The notes under the pieces: generated by a model
Databases searched by the model: none
Told to the model about the DNA's origin: nothing
Seen by the model: the letters and a program-made list of their open reading frames with translations, nothing else
Translations under genes and position numbers: made by a program
Assembly (NCBI GenBank): GCA_038231135.1
Contig: JBBRLX010000005.1
Coordinates: 64,001 to 128,000, forward strand
Direction: 5' to 3'
Length of the DNA stretch: 64,000 bases
Origin: Candidatus Eiseniibacteriota bacterium
GTDB taxonomy: Bacteria > Eisenbacteria > RBG-16-71-46
In this document: positions 38,114 to 47,026 of the stretch, piece by piece
Position numbering within the stretch: position 1 is the stretch's first letter
How the letters are laid out: each line of letters begins with the position of its first letter

Positions 38114-39583
38114 ATGTCCAGCTCGGGAGTGTCGGTGATCGGGAGTCCCCTGTCGGAACGGGCGCGGATGCTGCCCCTGCGCGCGCACGATCCGTCGTCC
38201 AAGCTCGTGTCGCTGTCGCTGGGCATCGAGTCGAACGATTTGATCGACCGCTCGCTGGCCGAGATGGCCGAGTTGCCGTACGTGGACGACATCCTCGCGC
38301 TCCCCGACGTGCACCAGAAGGCGCAGATGGAGATCCCATCCAGCATCGCCGTCACGACCCGAGACGTGATCGTGCCCGAGTTCACCTCGGCCGCGGTCAA
38401 CGACGGCATGGGGGTGGTGGTCACCGACCTCGACGCATCGGCGCTCACGCCCGAGCGGCTGAGGGCGTTCTTCACGCGCGTGAACTCGAATTCCGCGGCG
38501 CATCCGTTCGACGGCAACCGCTACAGCATCTCGGGTGACGAGCTGCGCCGCGTGATCGCGGTGGGCGGCCGGGGCGCGCTCGGCCGCTACGGATTCCCGG
38601 AGTCGGTGCTCGACCGGTTCGAGGACCGCGGCGCGATCTCGGGCGTCGCCGACGTGCGCGCCGAGGACGTCGTGCCGCTGCACCTGCTCACCACGCGATT
38701 CAGCCGCTCCGAGATGGGTCTCAACTTCGGCGGCAACCACTTCCTCGAGGTCCAGGTGGTCGACAAGGTGCTCGATCCCATCGCGTCGACGTGGGGGCTC
38801 CGCGAGGGCCAGGTGGTCGTGATGTACCACCTCGGTCCGGGACCGTTCTCGGGCACGCTGCTGCATCACTATTCGCGCCGCACCAAGCTCAAGTCGCACC
38901 GCGTCCCGATGTTCTTCCTGTCCAAGCTGATGTTCCACTACCTGCAACGCATGGGCCGCACGAATCCCGCGAAGGCGTGGGCGATGCACTTCCGCCAGAA
39001 CCGCTGGACGCCGTTCCCGGTGCGGTCGGAGGAGGGTCAGCTGTTCCGGAAGGCACTCGCCATGGCGCTCAACTTCGGCTACGCCTACCGGCTCGCCACC
39101 GTGCGCGCGATCGTCGACGGACTCACCGAGGCGGTGTCGCCGAACGTACGCGCGGAGCTGCTGTGCGACATCTCGCACAACGGCATCACCGAGGAGACGT
39201 GGGGCGGCCGCCGCGGCTGGATCGCGCGGCACAACGCCTGCCGGCTCGCTCCGGGCGGCCCCGCGATCGTGGCCGGATCGTACGACGTGGCGTCGTATCT
39301 CGGTGTCGGCCTCGACGGCGGCCCCGACGGCCGGCTGCATTCGTACGACCACGGCGCCGGCAACCTGATCGAGCACTTCCGCGACCGCGGCACGCTCGAT
39401 CGCGACGCCGGCACCGTCACCCGGCTCAAGATGACCCGCGGCAAGAACGCGGAAGTCGTGCGCAGCGAGCAGGTGCCGATGCGCTCGGCGATGCCGATCG
39501 ATCTCGTGATGGAATGCCTCGAGCGCAATGGCGTGGTGCGTCCGGCCGTGCGGTTGCGGCCGATCGGCAACTTCAAGAACTGA
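38114..39583 (+). CDS. Divergent RtcB-family protein (RNA ligase fold) inside the polysaccharide operon
   Basis: ALPDVH, VNDGM, GGNHFLEVQVVD, VMYHLG, SEEGQ...A.NFG.A.R, DISHN, AGSYD, DHGAG, RLRPIGNFK. SD AAGGAG. Confidence 0.85.
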   Translation: MSSSGVSVIGSPLSERARMLPLRAHDPSSKLVSLSLGIESNDLIDRSLAEMAELPYVDDILALPDVHQKAQMEIPSSIAVTTRDVIVPEFTSAAVNDGMGVVVTDLDASALTPERLRAFFTRVNSNSAAHPFDGNRYSISGDELRRVIAVGGRGALGRYGFPESVLDRFEDRGAISGVADVRAEDVVPLHLLTTRFSRSEMGLNFGGNHFLEVQVVDKVLDPIASTWGLREGQVVVMYHLGPGPFSGTLLHHYSRRTKLKSHRVPMFFLSKLMFHYLQRMGRTNPAKAWAMHFRQNRWTPFPVRSEEGQLFRKALAMALNFGYAYRLATVRAIVDGLTEAVSPNVRAELLCDISHNGITEETWGGRRGWIARHNACRLAPGGPAIVAGSYDVASYLGVGLDGGPDGRLHSYDHGAGNLIEHFRDRGTLDRDAGTVTRLKMTRGKNAEVVRSEQVPMRSAMPIDLVMECLERNGVVRPAVRLRPIGNFKN

Positions 39584-39599
39584 CCCTAAGGAACCCCCC

Positions 39600-40457
39600 A
39601 TGGCCCTAGAATCCCCACGCGAGCTGCGAGCGCTCTGCCAGGCCGGCAAGGAAGTCGACCCGGGGTGGTACTTCGTGCACCGCCGGCTGTCGATCTACGT
39701 CACGTGGCTGCTGCTGCACACGCGCGTGACGCCGAACCAGGTGACGCTGCTGATGATGGTCACGGGCACCGTGGGCGCGGCGCTGCTGGTGCCGCATGCG
39801 GCCGCGCTCAACGTGTGCGGATTCCTGGTGCTGTACCTGGCATTCCTGCTCGACAAGGTCGACGGTGAGATCGCCCGCTACCGCGGCGTGTCGTCGACGC
39901 GCGGCCTGCTGCTCGACCGACTGCACCATCTGGCGATCGAGCCGCTGGTGTTCCTCGCCGCCGCGTGGCACGACGGGTCCACGTCCGGATCGCTCGGCGC
40001 CTGGAACGCGGGCTGGGCGATCATCGTGCTCGGCAACATCGTGGACGAGCACCAGCACCTGTCGGCCTACATCCTGTTCAAGCACCTGCGCGGCACCCAC
40101 CGACGCCCCGCCCGGGGCCTTAGGGTCCCGCCGCCCGGGCTCGCCGTCGCGCTCCGGCTGATGCGGCCGCTCAAGGCGTTCCGGATGTTCATCATCGCGG
40201 TGCCCGCCCTCGCTGCCGCCTATGTCGCGGAAGCGTGGACCGGGGCGCCGGTCGTGAGGTGGTACCTGTACGCGAGCACCGCCGGGCTCGCCGTGTTCCT
40301 GGCCTTCCAGGCCTATTACTACTTCCAGTTCAAACTCGAAGCGGAAATCGGCGAACAGGCGGAGCTCCTCGCGGACGATGCCGGCGCCGGATCCGCAGCG
40401 AGCGGGACCCCGGAACCCGGGCGCGAGACTGCGCTGCGGGCCGTGTCCCGTGGCTGA
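39600..40457 (+). CDS. CDP-alcohol phosphotransferase family membrane protein
   Basis: RRLSIYVT, VTPNQVT, DKVDGEIARYRG...RGLLLDRLHH. Confidence 0.88.
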   Translation: MALESPRELRALCQAGKEVDPGWYFVHRRLSIYVTWLLLHTRVTPNQVTLLMMVTGTVGAALLVPHAAALNVCGFLVLYLAFLLDKVDGEIARYRGVSSTRGLLLDRLHHLAIEPLVFLAAAWHDGSTSGSLGAWNAGWAIIVLGNIVDEHQHLSAYILFKHLRGTHRRPARGLRVPPPGLAVALRLMRPLKAFRMFIIAVPALAAAYVAEAWTGAPVVRWYLYASTAGLAVFLAFQAYYYFQFKLEAEIGEQAELLADDAGAGSAASGTPEPGRETALRAVSRG

Positions 40458-40491
40458 ACCCCGGTCCCACACCCTCGAGGTCAAAGCCGCA

Positions 40492-43400
40492 ATGATTGCC
40501 CATCCTCCAGCTCTGGCCCGCCTCCGGCGCGGCGACGCGCCGTTCACCCGCAGCCTCACCCGCGTCGCGGCCACGGCGGCGCTTGCGCTCGCATGTGTCG
40601 CAGGCAACGCCGCGGCCACCGGCACATTCTACGTCGACAACGCAAGCGGATCCTGCTCGGACGCGGGTCCCGGCACGCTCGCGAATCCGTACTGCTCGAT
40701 CGCGGCCGCGATCCTCGCGCACAACGGCCCCGGCACCACGATCCTCGTGCGGCCGGGCGTGTATCCCGAGATGGTGACGATCCCGGCCTCGGGCGCCCCG
40801 GGCAGTCCGTTCGTGATCCAGGCCAACGGCGGCACCGTGGTGATCGAGGGCTCGGACGACTTCGGCAATCCGTCGCTGTGGGCGCCGGTCGCCGGCACCG
40901 AGTACGTGGCGGCCTCGGTGATCTGGACGCCGCTGCAGGTGTTCGCCGACGGCCAGCGGCTCACCGCGTCGACGAACGCGCCGGGCACGCTGCCCGTGGG
41001 CACGTTCAACTACATCGCGGGCTCCGGCCTGCACGTGAACCTCGGCACCAACAGCCCCGGCCTGCACGGCGCGCGCGTCGGCCACCGCCTGCACGGCTTC
41101 ACGATGACGGGCAAGTCGTGGGTCACGATCGACGGCTTCGAGGTGACGCACACCGAGGATCGCGGCATCAACGTGGCCGGCATCACCTCGCCCCAGACGT
41201 TCACGTCGAACATCACGCTCAGCAACAATCGTGTCCTGTACGCCAACGGCTACGGCATCCAGGTGTCGATCGGCTCCAACGACCTCATCGCCGGCAACGT
41301 CGTCGGGTTCAGCGCCGACCACGGCATCTACGTCTCGACCGGCTCCACGGCGTGCACGATCCAGGACAACGAGTCGTTCTCGAATGCGCGCCCCACGATC
41401 CGCGCGGCGAACGGCATTCACCTGAACGCCTCGACCAACAACCTGGTCCAGCGCAACCGGCTGCACGACAACCAGGACACCGGCCTCCAGATGAACAGCG
41501 GCGCGAACAACAACGTGTCGCGCGAGAACCAGTCGTGGAACAACGGCGATCACGGGTTCGACCACCTGAGCTCGACCGGCAACCAGCACATCAACGACGT
41601 GGCGTACGGCAACTACAAGGACGGGTTCTCGATCGAAGGCAACTCGCCCAACACCAGCGTCGTGAACTGCATCGCCACCGACAACGGCCTCACCACGAAC
41701 GAATACGACATCTGGGTCGACCCGAACTCGAGCGTCGGTTTCGTCTCGGACTACAACATCTTCTGGAACTCGACGGCGCAGAACCCGTTCAAGTACATCG
41801 CCACGCCGTATGCCACGCTGTCCGCGTATCAGGCGGCGTCCGGCAAGGATTCCAAGACCAAGCAGCAGAATCCGCTGTTCATCTCGCCGGCGAACGGCAA
41901 CTTCCACCTGCTCACCGGCTCACCGGCGGTGGACTGCGCCAACGCCTCGACCCCGAACTGGCTCGCCACGGACGCCGACGGCCGCGCGCGGGTGGACATC
42001 TCGACGGTGTCGAACACCGGTCTCGGCTCGCCGCTGTACTCCGATCGCGGCGCCGACGAGTACTACACCACGCCCGGCAGCGATCATGCGCCGGCCGTCG
42101 CGGGACCCACGACGGCCACGGTCGGCGAGCGCCAGATGCTGGTGGTGAACGTCACCGTGTCGGATGTCGACAACGACCCGATCCACACGCTGACCGCGAA
42201 CCTGGCGGTGCTGCCGTCGCCGAACGACGCGGTGTTCCTCACGAACGCGTCGCACACGGCCGGCACGCTCACCTGGACGCCGACGAACTCCGGCGGCCCC
42301 TACGCCGTGACGTTCACGGCGACGAACGCCAAGAGCGCATCGCGGACCACGTCGGTCACGGTCGTCAATTCGGACCTCGCGCCGGTCGTGAACTCGCCGC
42401 CGTCGGTGACCGCCACCGAGAATTCACCGCTCACCGTGACCGTCACGGCGTCCGACCCTGACAACCAGGCGATCCAGTCGCTGTCCGCGGATCTCGCGGG
42501 CCTGCCGGCGGGCAACAACGCGGTGTTCTCGACGAACGGCTCGAACACCGTGGGCACGCTGACCTGGACGCCGACGTTCTCGGACGCGCCCGGTCCCTAC
42601 ACCGTGACGTTCACCGCTTCGAACGCGCTCACCACGACATCGGTCAGCTCGATCGGCGTGACGAACGTGGACCACCCGCCGGTCGTGGTCGCGCCCGCCA
42701 CCGCGACCGTGGCGGAGAACGGCGCGCTGTCGCTCGACGTGACCGCGTCGGATGCCGATGGCGATGCCATCGACCAGCTGGTCGCGAACGTGGCCGGGCT
42801 GCCCGCGGGCAACAACGCCACGTTCACCGCCAATCCCGGCAACACGTCGGGGACGTTCCACTGGACCCCGACGTTCGACGACGCGCCCGGGCCCTATACC
42901 GTGACGTTCACCGCCGTGAACGCGCTATCGGGATCGGCCCCGACCTCGATCACGGTGACGAACGCCGATCGCCCGCCGACCGTGACGGCGCCGGCGTCGG
43001 TCACGGCCCTGGAGGGCGTCTCCGACACCATCCAGGTCACCGCCGTCGATCTCGACGGCCAGCCGGTCACGTCGTTCACGGCGAACCTCGCAGGCCTGCC
43101 CGCCGGGAACACCGCGGTGTTCACGACGAATCCCGCGAAGAGCCTGGGGCTGCTCGTGTGGACCCCGTCGTTCTCGGACGCGCCCGGCCCCTACGCGGTG
43201 TCGTTCACGGCCGCGAACGCGCTGTCGGGCTCGGCGTCCACGTCGATCGCGGTCACGAACGTCGACCGCGCGCCCGTGATCACGGCGCCCGCCACCGCGA
43301 CCGCGCCCGAGAACGGCGTGTTCTCGCTCGACATCACGGCGGTCGATCCCGACGGACAGCCGGTGACGATCCTGACCGCGAACCTGTCGGGGCTGCCGGC

Positions 43401-46400
43401 CGGCAACAACGCGACGTTCACGCCAAACCCGTCGAAGAGCGCCGGCACGTTCACCTGGACGCCGACGTTCGCCGATGCCCCCGGTCCGTATGCGGTGTCG
43501 TTCACGGCGTCGAACGCGCTCACCGGCACCGCGACCACCTCGATCTCCGTGTCGCATTCCGATCGTGCACCGGTGGTGTCGGCGCCGGGCACCGTGACCG
43601 GCGCCGAGAACGGCGCGATCACCGTGTCGGTCACCGCGTCCGACCCCGACAATCAGTCGATCACGTCGCTGACCGCGAACCTGTCGGGGCTGCCGGCCGG
43701 GAACTCCGCGGTGTTCACGTCCAATCCCGCGCATACCGCGGGCACGCTCACCTGGACGCCCACGTTCGCCGACGGCCGCGTGCCGCCCTACACCGTGTCG
43801 TTCACGGCCACGAACACGCTGAGCGGCAGCGCGACCACGGCGATCACGGTCGCGAACGTCGATCGCGCGCCGGCCATCACGGTGCCGGCGGCCGTGGCCG
43901 GCAGCGAAGGCGTTGCGCTCTCGATCCCCGTCACCGTGGCGGATCCGGACGGGCAGGCGGTCAGCTCCTTGACCGCCGACCTCAGCGGCCTGCCGTTCGG
44001 CAGCAACGCCGCGTTCACCCAGAACCCCAGCCACACGTCGGGCACGCTGACGTGGACACCGACGTTCAACGACGGCCGTCCGGCGTCCTACGGCGTCTCG
44101 TTCACCGCCTCGAACGCGCTCACGGGCAGCGCGTCGACCGCGATCACGATCGCGAACGTGGACCGTGCGCCGGTGGTGACCGCGCCGTCCGTCGTGACGC
44201 GTCCCGAGCACCAGCAGATCGTGCTCCAGGTGACCGCGGCCGATCCCGACGGCCAGCCGATTGGCGCCCTGACCGCCGATCTGTCGAGCCTGCCGCCGGG
44301 CAACGACGCGACGTTCACGTCGAGCGCCGACCACACCACCGGCACGTTCTCGTGGCGTCCCGATTTCGCCAGCGCGGCCAGCTACCCGGTCGTGTTTCTT
44401 GCCTCGAACGCGATCACCGGATCCGCGACGACGACGTTCACGATCCAGAACGCCGATCGCGCACCCGTGGTCGCGGCGCCCGCGTTCGTGAGCGCGAGCG
44501 AGAACGGTCTCGTCACCGTGACCGTGACCGCGTCGGACCCCGATGGCGATTCGATCACGAGCCTGACCGCGAATCTCGCGAACCTGGCGCCCGGCAACGA
44601 TGCCGTGTTCACGAGCAACGCCGCACACACCGGCGGGACGCTGACGTGGACGCCGAACTTCGACGACGGCCGTCCGGCGACGTACGACCTGGTGTTCATC
44701 GCGGCGAACGCGCTGTCGGGTTCGAAGGTCACCGCGATCCAGGTGCAGAACGTCGACCGCCCGCCGGTGGTGACCGTGCCGTCGGTCGTCCACGTCGTGG
44801 AGTCGAACATTATGGTGATGCACATCACCGCGAGCGATCCCGATGGCGATCCGATCGCGGCGCTCACCGCGAACCTCGCCGGATTGCCGCCCGGGAACAA
44901 CGCGACGTTCCAGCAGGGCGACCTGTCGTTCGCGCCGGCGCGCGCGGGCAACGCCGCGCACACCGGGGTCGCAAATTCCGGGACGCCCGTGGTGCAGGCG
45001 GGGTCCAACGCCGGGGCGCCCGGCGGACATCCGGGCCGCAGGGCGGAGACCGGCGACGGCACGCCAGGGCAGGACTTAGGCGGCGGCCAGGGCGCCAGCT
45101 CCGTGACGTACACCCTGATCTGGACGCCGGGATTCGCGGACGCGCCCGGCCCGTATCCGGTGTCGTTCACCGCGTCGAATGCGCTCACCGGCTTCGCCAC
45201 GAGTTCGATCGACGTCGCGAACGACGACCGCCCGCCGGTCGTCACCGCGCCCGCGACGGCGACGGCGGCCGAAGGCGCGACGGTCACCGTCGATGTGACC
45301 GCCGCGGATCCCGACAGCGAGGCGCTCGGCGCGCTCACTGCCGATCTGTCGGGGCTGCCGCCCGGCAACAACGCGGTGTTCACGCCGGCCGCCGACCAGT
45401 TGTCGGGCACGCTGACCTGGACTCCGTCATTCGCGGACGCGCCCGGCCCCTACAAGATCACGTTCATCGGCTCGAACGCGCTGTCGGGTTCCGCGACCAC
45501 CAGCATTGCGGTCGCGAACGTCGACCGTGCGCCGGTCGTGACCGCGCCGGCGTCGGTGACGGCGCCCGAAGCGCAGGTGGTGACCGTGACCGTCACGGTG
45601 GCGGACCCCGATCAGGACGCGATCGCGTCGCTCACCGCCGATCTGTCGTCGCTGCCCCCGGGCAACGACGCGGTGTTCACGCCGGCGGCCGACCGGCTGT
45701 CGGGCACGCTGACCTGGACCCCGGCGTTCGCGGACGCCCCGGGCCCCTACAAGATCACGTTCATCGGTTCGAACGCGCTGGCGGGTTCGGCGTCCACGAG
45801 TCTCACGGTTGCGAACGTCGATCGCGCTCCGGTCGTGACCGCGCCGGCGTCGGCGGCTGCAACCGAAGGGCAGCTGGTGACGGTGACCGTGACCGCCGCG
45901 GATCCCGACCACGACGCGATCACGTCGCTCACCGCGGACCTGTCGGCGCTGCCCGCGGGTAACGACGCGGTGTTCACGCCGGCCGCCGACAACCTGTCGG
46001 GAACGCTCACGTGGACCCCGGGCTTCGACGCGGCGCCCGGGCCGTATTCGGTGATGTTCACCGCGACGAACGCGGCGAGCGGCTCGGCCACGTCGGGCAT
46101 CGCGGTCGCGAACGTCGACCGCGCGCCGATCGTCACGGCTCCGGCGCTCGTGACCGGCGCCGAGATCTCGCTGATCACGATCGCCGTCGCGGCCTCGGAC
46201 CCCGACGGTGATCCGATCGATTCGCTCACCGCGAACCTGTCGGCGCTGCCGGCCCTCAACGACGCCGTGTTCCTCGTCGCCCCCGATCACAAGTCGGCGC
46301 TGTTCACGTGGACCCCGCTGCCGGGAGACTCCACGAACGGGCCGTATGCGGTGTCCTTCACCGCGTGGAACGCGCTGTCGCGCGTCGCCGGCACCGCGAT

Positions 46401-46752
46401 CACCGTGACGAGCCTCCTCGAGCGGCCGGGGGTGGCGAAGCCGCTGGGCGACCGCCTGGCGGACGCCGTGCTGCCCCGGGCCGTTCCGCTCGTGCTCGCA
46501 GTGCAGCCGACGCCAAACCCGATGCACGGCGCGGGGGCGCTCCAGTTGTCGCTGCCGGCCGCCGGCCCCGTGCGGCTCGAGGTGTTCGACGTCACCGGCC
46601 GGCGGGCGGCGATGCTGCTCGACTCGCCGCGCGTCGAGGCCGGCGTCCATCAGGTGCCGCTGGCCCCGCGGCGGCTCGGACCGGGGGCGTATTACTATCG
46701 GCTGCAGGCGGTTTCGGGAGTTCGCACCGGCCGGTTCGTCATTATCGACTAA
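40492..46752 (+). CDS. Giant secreted protein: right-handed beta-helix, 14 Ig/cadherin-like repeats, T9SS/FlgD-like C-terminal domain
   Basis: Signal peptide; FYVDN...GT.ANPY; Asn-rich beta-helix coils; repeats DRAPVVTAP...DPD...LTWTP; C-terminal PNP...LEVFDVTGR...GAYYYRL. Start uncertain (40450 or 40492). Confidence 0.88.
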   Translation: MIAHPPALARLRRGDAPFTRSLTRVAATAALALACVAGNAAATGTFYVDNASGSCSDAGPGTLANPYCSIAAAILAHNGPGTTILVRPGVYPEMVTIPASGAPGSPFVIQANGGTVVIEGSDDFGNPSLWAPVAGTEYVAASVIWTPLQVFADGQRLTASTNAPGTLPVGTFNYIAGSGLHVNLGTNSPGLHGARVGHRLHGFTMTGKSWVTIDGFEVTHTEDRGINVAGITSPQTFTSNITLSNNRVLYANGYGIQVSIGSNDLIAGNVVGFSADHGIYVSTGSTACTIQDNESFSNARPTIRAANGIHLNASTNNLVQRNRLHDNQDTGLQMNSGANNNVSRENQSWNNGDHGFDHLSSTGNQHINDVAYGNYKDGFSIEGNSPNTSVVNCIATDNGLTTNEYDIWVDPNSSVGFVSDYNIFWNSTAQNPFKYIATPYATLSAYQAASGKDSKTKQQNPLFISPANGNFHLLTGSPAVDCANASTPNWLATDADGRARVDISTVSNTGLGSPLYSDRGADEYYTTPGSDHAPAVAGPTTATVGERQMLVVNVTVSDVDNDPIHTLTANLAVLPSPNDAVFLTNASHTAGTLTWTPTNSGGPYAVTFTATNAKSASRTTSVTVVNSDLAPVVNSPPSVTATENSPLTVTVTASDPDNQAIQSLSADLAGLPAGNNAVFSTNGSNTVGTLTWTPTFSDAPGPYTVTFTASNALTTTSVSSIGVTNVDHPPVVVAPATATVAENGALSLDVTASDADGDAIDQLVANVAGLPAGNNATFTANPGNTSGTFHWTPTFDDAPGPYTVTFTAVNALSGSAPTSITVTNADRPPTVTAPASVTALEGVSDTIQVTAVDLDGQPVTSFTANLAGLPAGNTAVFTTNPAKSLGLLVWTPSFSDAPGPYAVSFTAANALSGSASTSIAVTNVDRAPVITAPATATAPENGVFSLDITAVDPDGQPVTILTANLSGLPAGNNATFTPNPSKSAGTFTWTPTFADAPGPYAVSFTASNALTGTATTSISVSHSDRAPVVSAPGTVTGAENGAITVSVTASDPDNQSITSLTANLSGLPAGNSAVFTSNPAHTAGTLTWTPTFADGRVPPYTVSFTATNTLSGSATTAITVANVDRAPAITVPAAVAGSEGVALSIPVTVADPDGQAVSSLTADLSGLPFGSNAAFTQNPSHTSGTLTWTPTFNDGRPASYGVSFTASNALTGSASTAITIANVDRAPVVTAPSVVTRPEHQQIVLQVTAADPDGQPIGALTADLSSLPPGNDATFTSSADHTTGTFSWRPDFASAASYPVVFLASNAITGSATTTFTIQNADRAPVVAAPAFVSASENGLVTVTVTASDPDGDSITSLTANLANLAPGNDAVFTSNAAHTGGTLTWTPNFDDGRPATYDLVFIAANALSGSKVTAIQVQNVDRPPVVTVPSVVHVVESNIMVMHITASDPDGDPIAALTANLAGLPPGNNATFQQGDLSFAPARAGNAAHTGVANSGTPVVQAGSNAGAPGGHPGRRAETGDGTPGQDLGGGQGASSVTYTLIWTPGFADAPGPYPVSFTASNALTGFATSSIDVANDDRPPVVTAPATATAAEGATVTVDVTAADPDSEALGALTADLSGLPPGNNAVFTPAADQLSGTLTWTPSFADAPGPYKITFIGSNALSGSATTSIAVANVDRAPVVTAPASVTAPEAQVVTVTVTVADPDQDAIASLTADLSSLPPGNDAVFTPAADRLSGTLTWTPAFADAPGPYKITFIGSNALAGSASTSLTVANVDRAPVVTAPASAAATEGQLVTVTVTAADPDHDAITSLTADLSALPAGNDAVFTPAADNLSGTLTWTPGFDAAPGPYSVMFTATNAASGSATSGIAVANVDRAPIVTAPALVTGAEISLITIAVAASDPDGDPIDSLTANLSALPALNDAVFLVAPDHKSALFTWTPLPGDSTNGPYAVSFTAWNALSRVAGTAITVTSLLERPGVAKPLGDRLADAVLPRAVPLVLAVQPTPNPMHGAGALQLSLPAAGPVRLEVFDVTGRRAAMLLDSPRVEAGVHQVPLAPRRLGPGAYYYRLQAVSGVRTGRFVIID

Positions 46753-46769
46753 CCGTCCAGCAGCTCGTG

Positions 46770-46795
46770 GCTCCCGTCGCGACGGGAGCGTTTGG
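46770..46795 (+). terminator. Putative terminator hairpin
   Basis: Perfect palindrome GCTCCCGTCGCGACGGGAGC followed by GTTT, 18 nt after the stop. Confidence 0.45.
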
Positions 46796-47026
46796 ACCCG
46801 GACCACGTCCGAACGCTCTCGCCGTCGCCGTTTCCGGCGGTTCTCCTGTCCGCACCGCCGTGCTAGGATCCCATCCGCCCGCCGGCTTGTCCGAGGGCGG
46901 CTCGCCCCAGCCGATCCCGGCGCGAGCTCCCCGACTGCAACGGATCCAGGAGGATCCGAGAGGACGACACCATTGCGCAGGGATTTTGACCATGCCCATC
47001 CCCGGGGCACGACACCCGATGACCCA

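Noticed and set aside
38114..39583. Assigning the gene symbol rtcB / tRNA-splicing ligase function
   Set aside because: The fold assignment is solid, but key metal and substrate motifs are altered and the context is glycan synthesis, so the canonical function is not supported.
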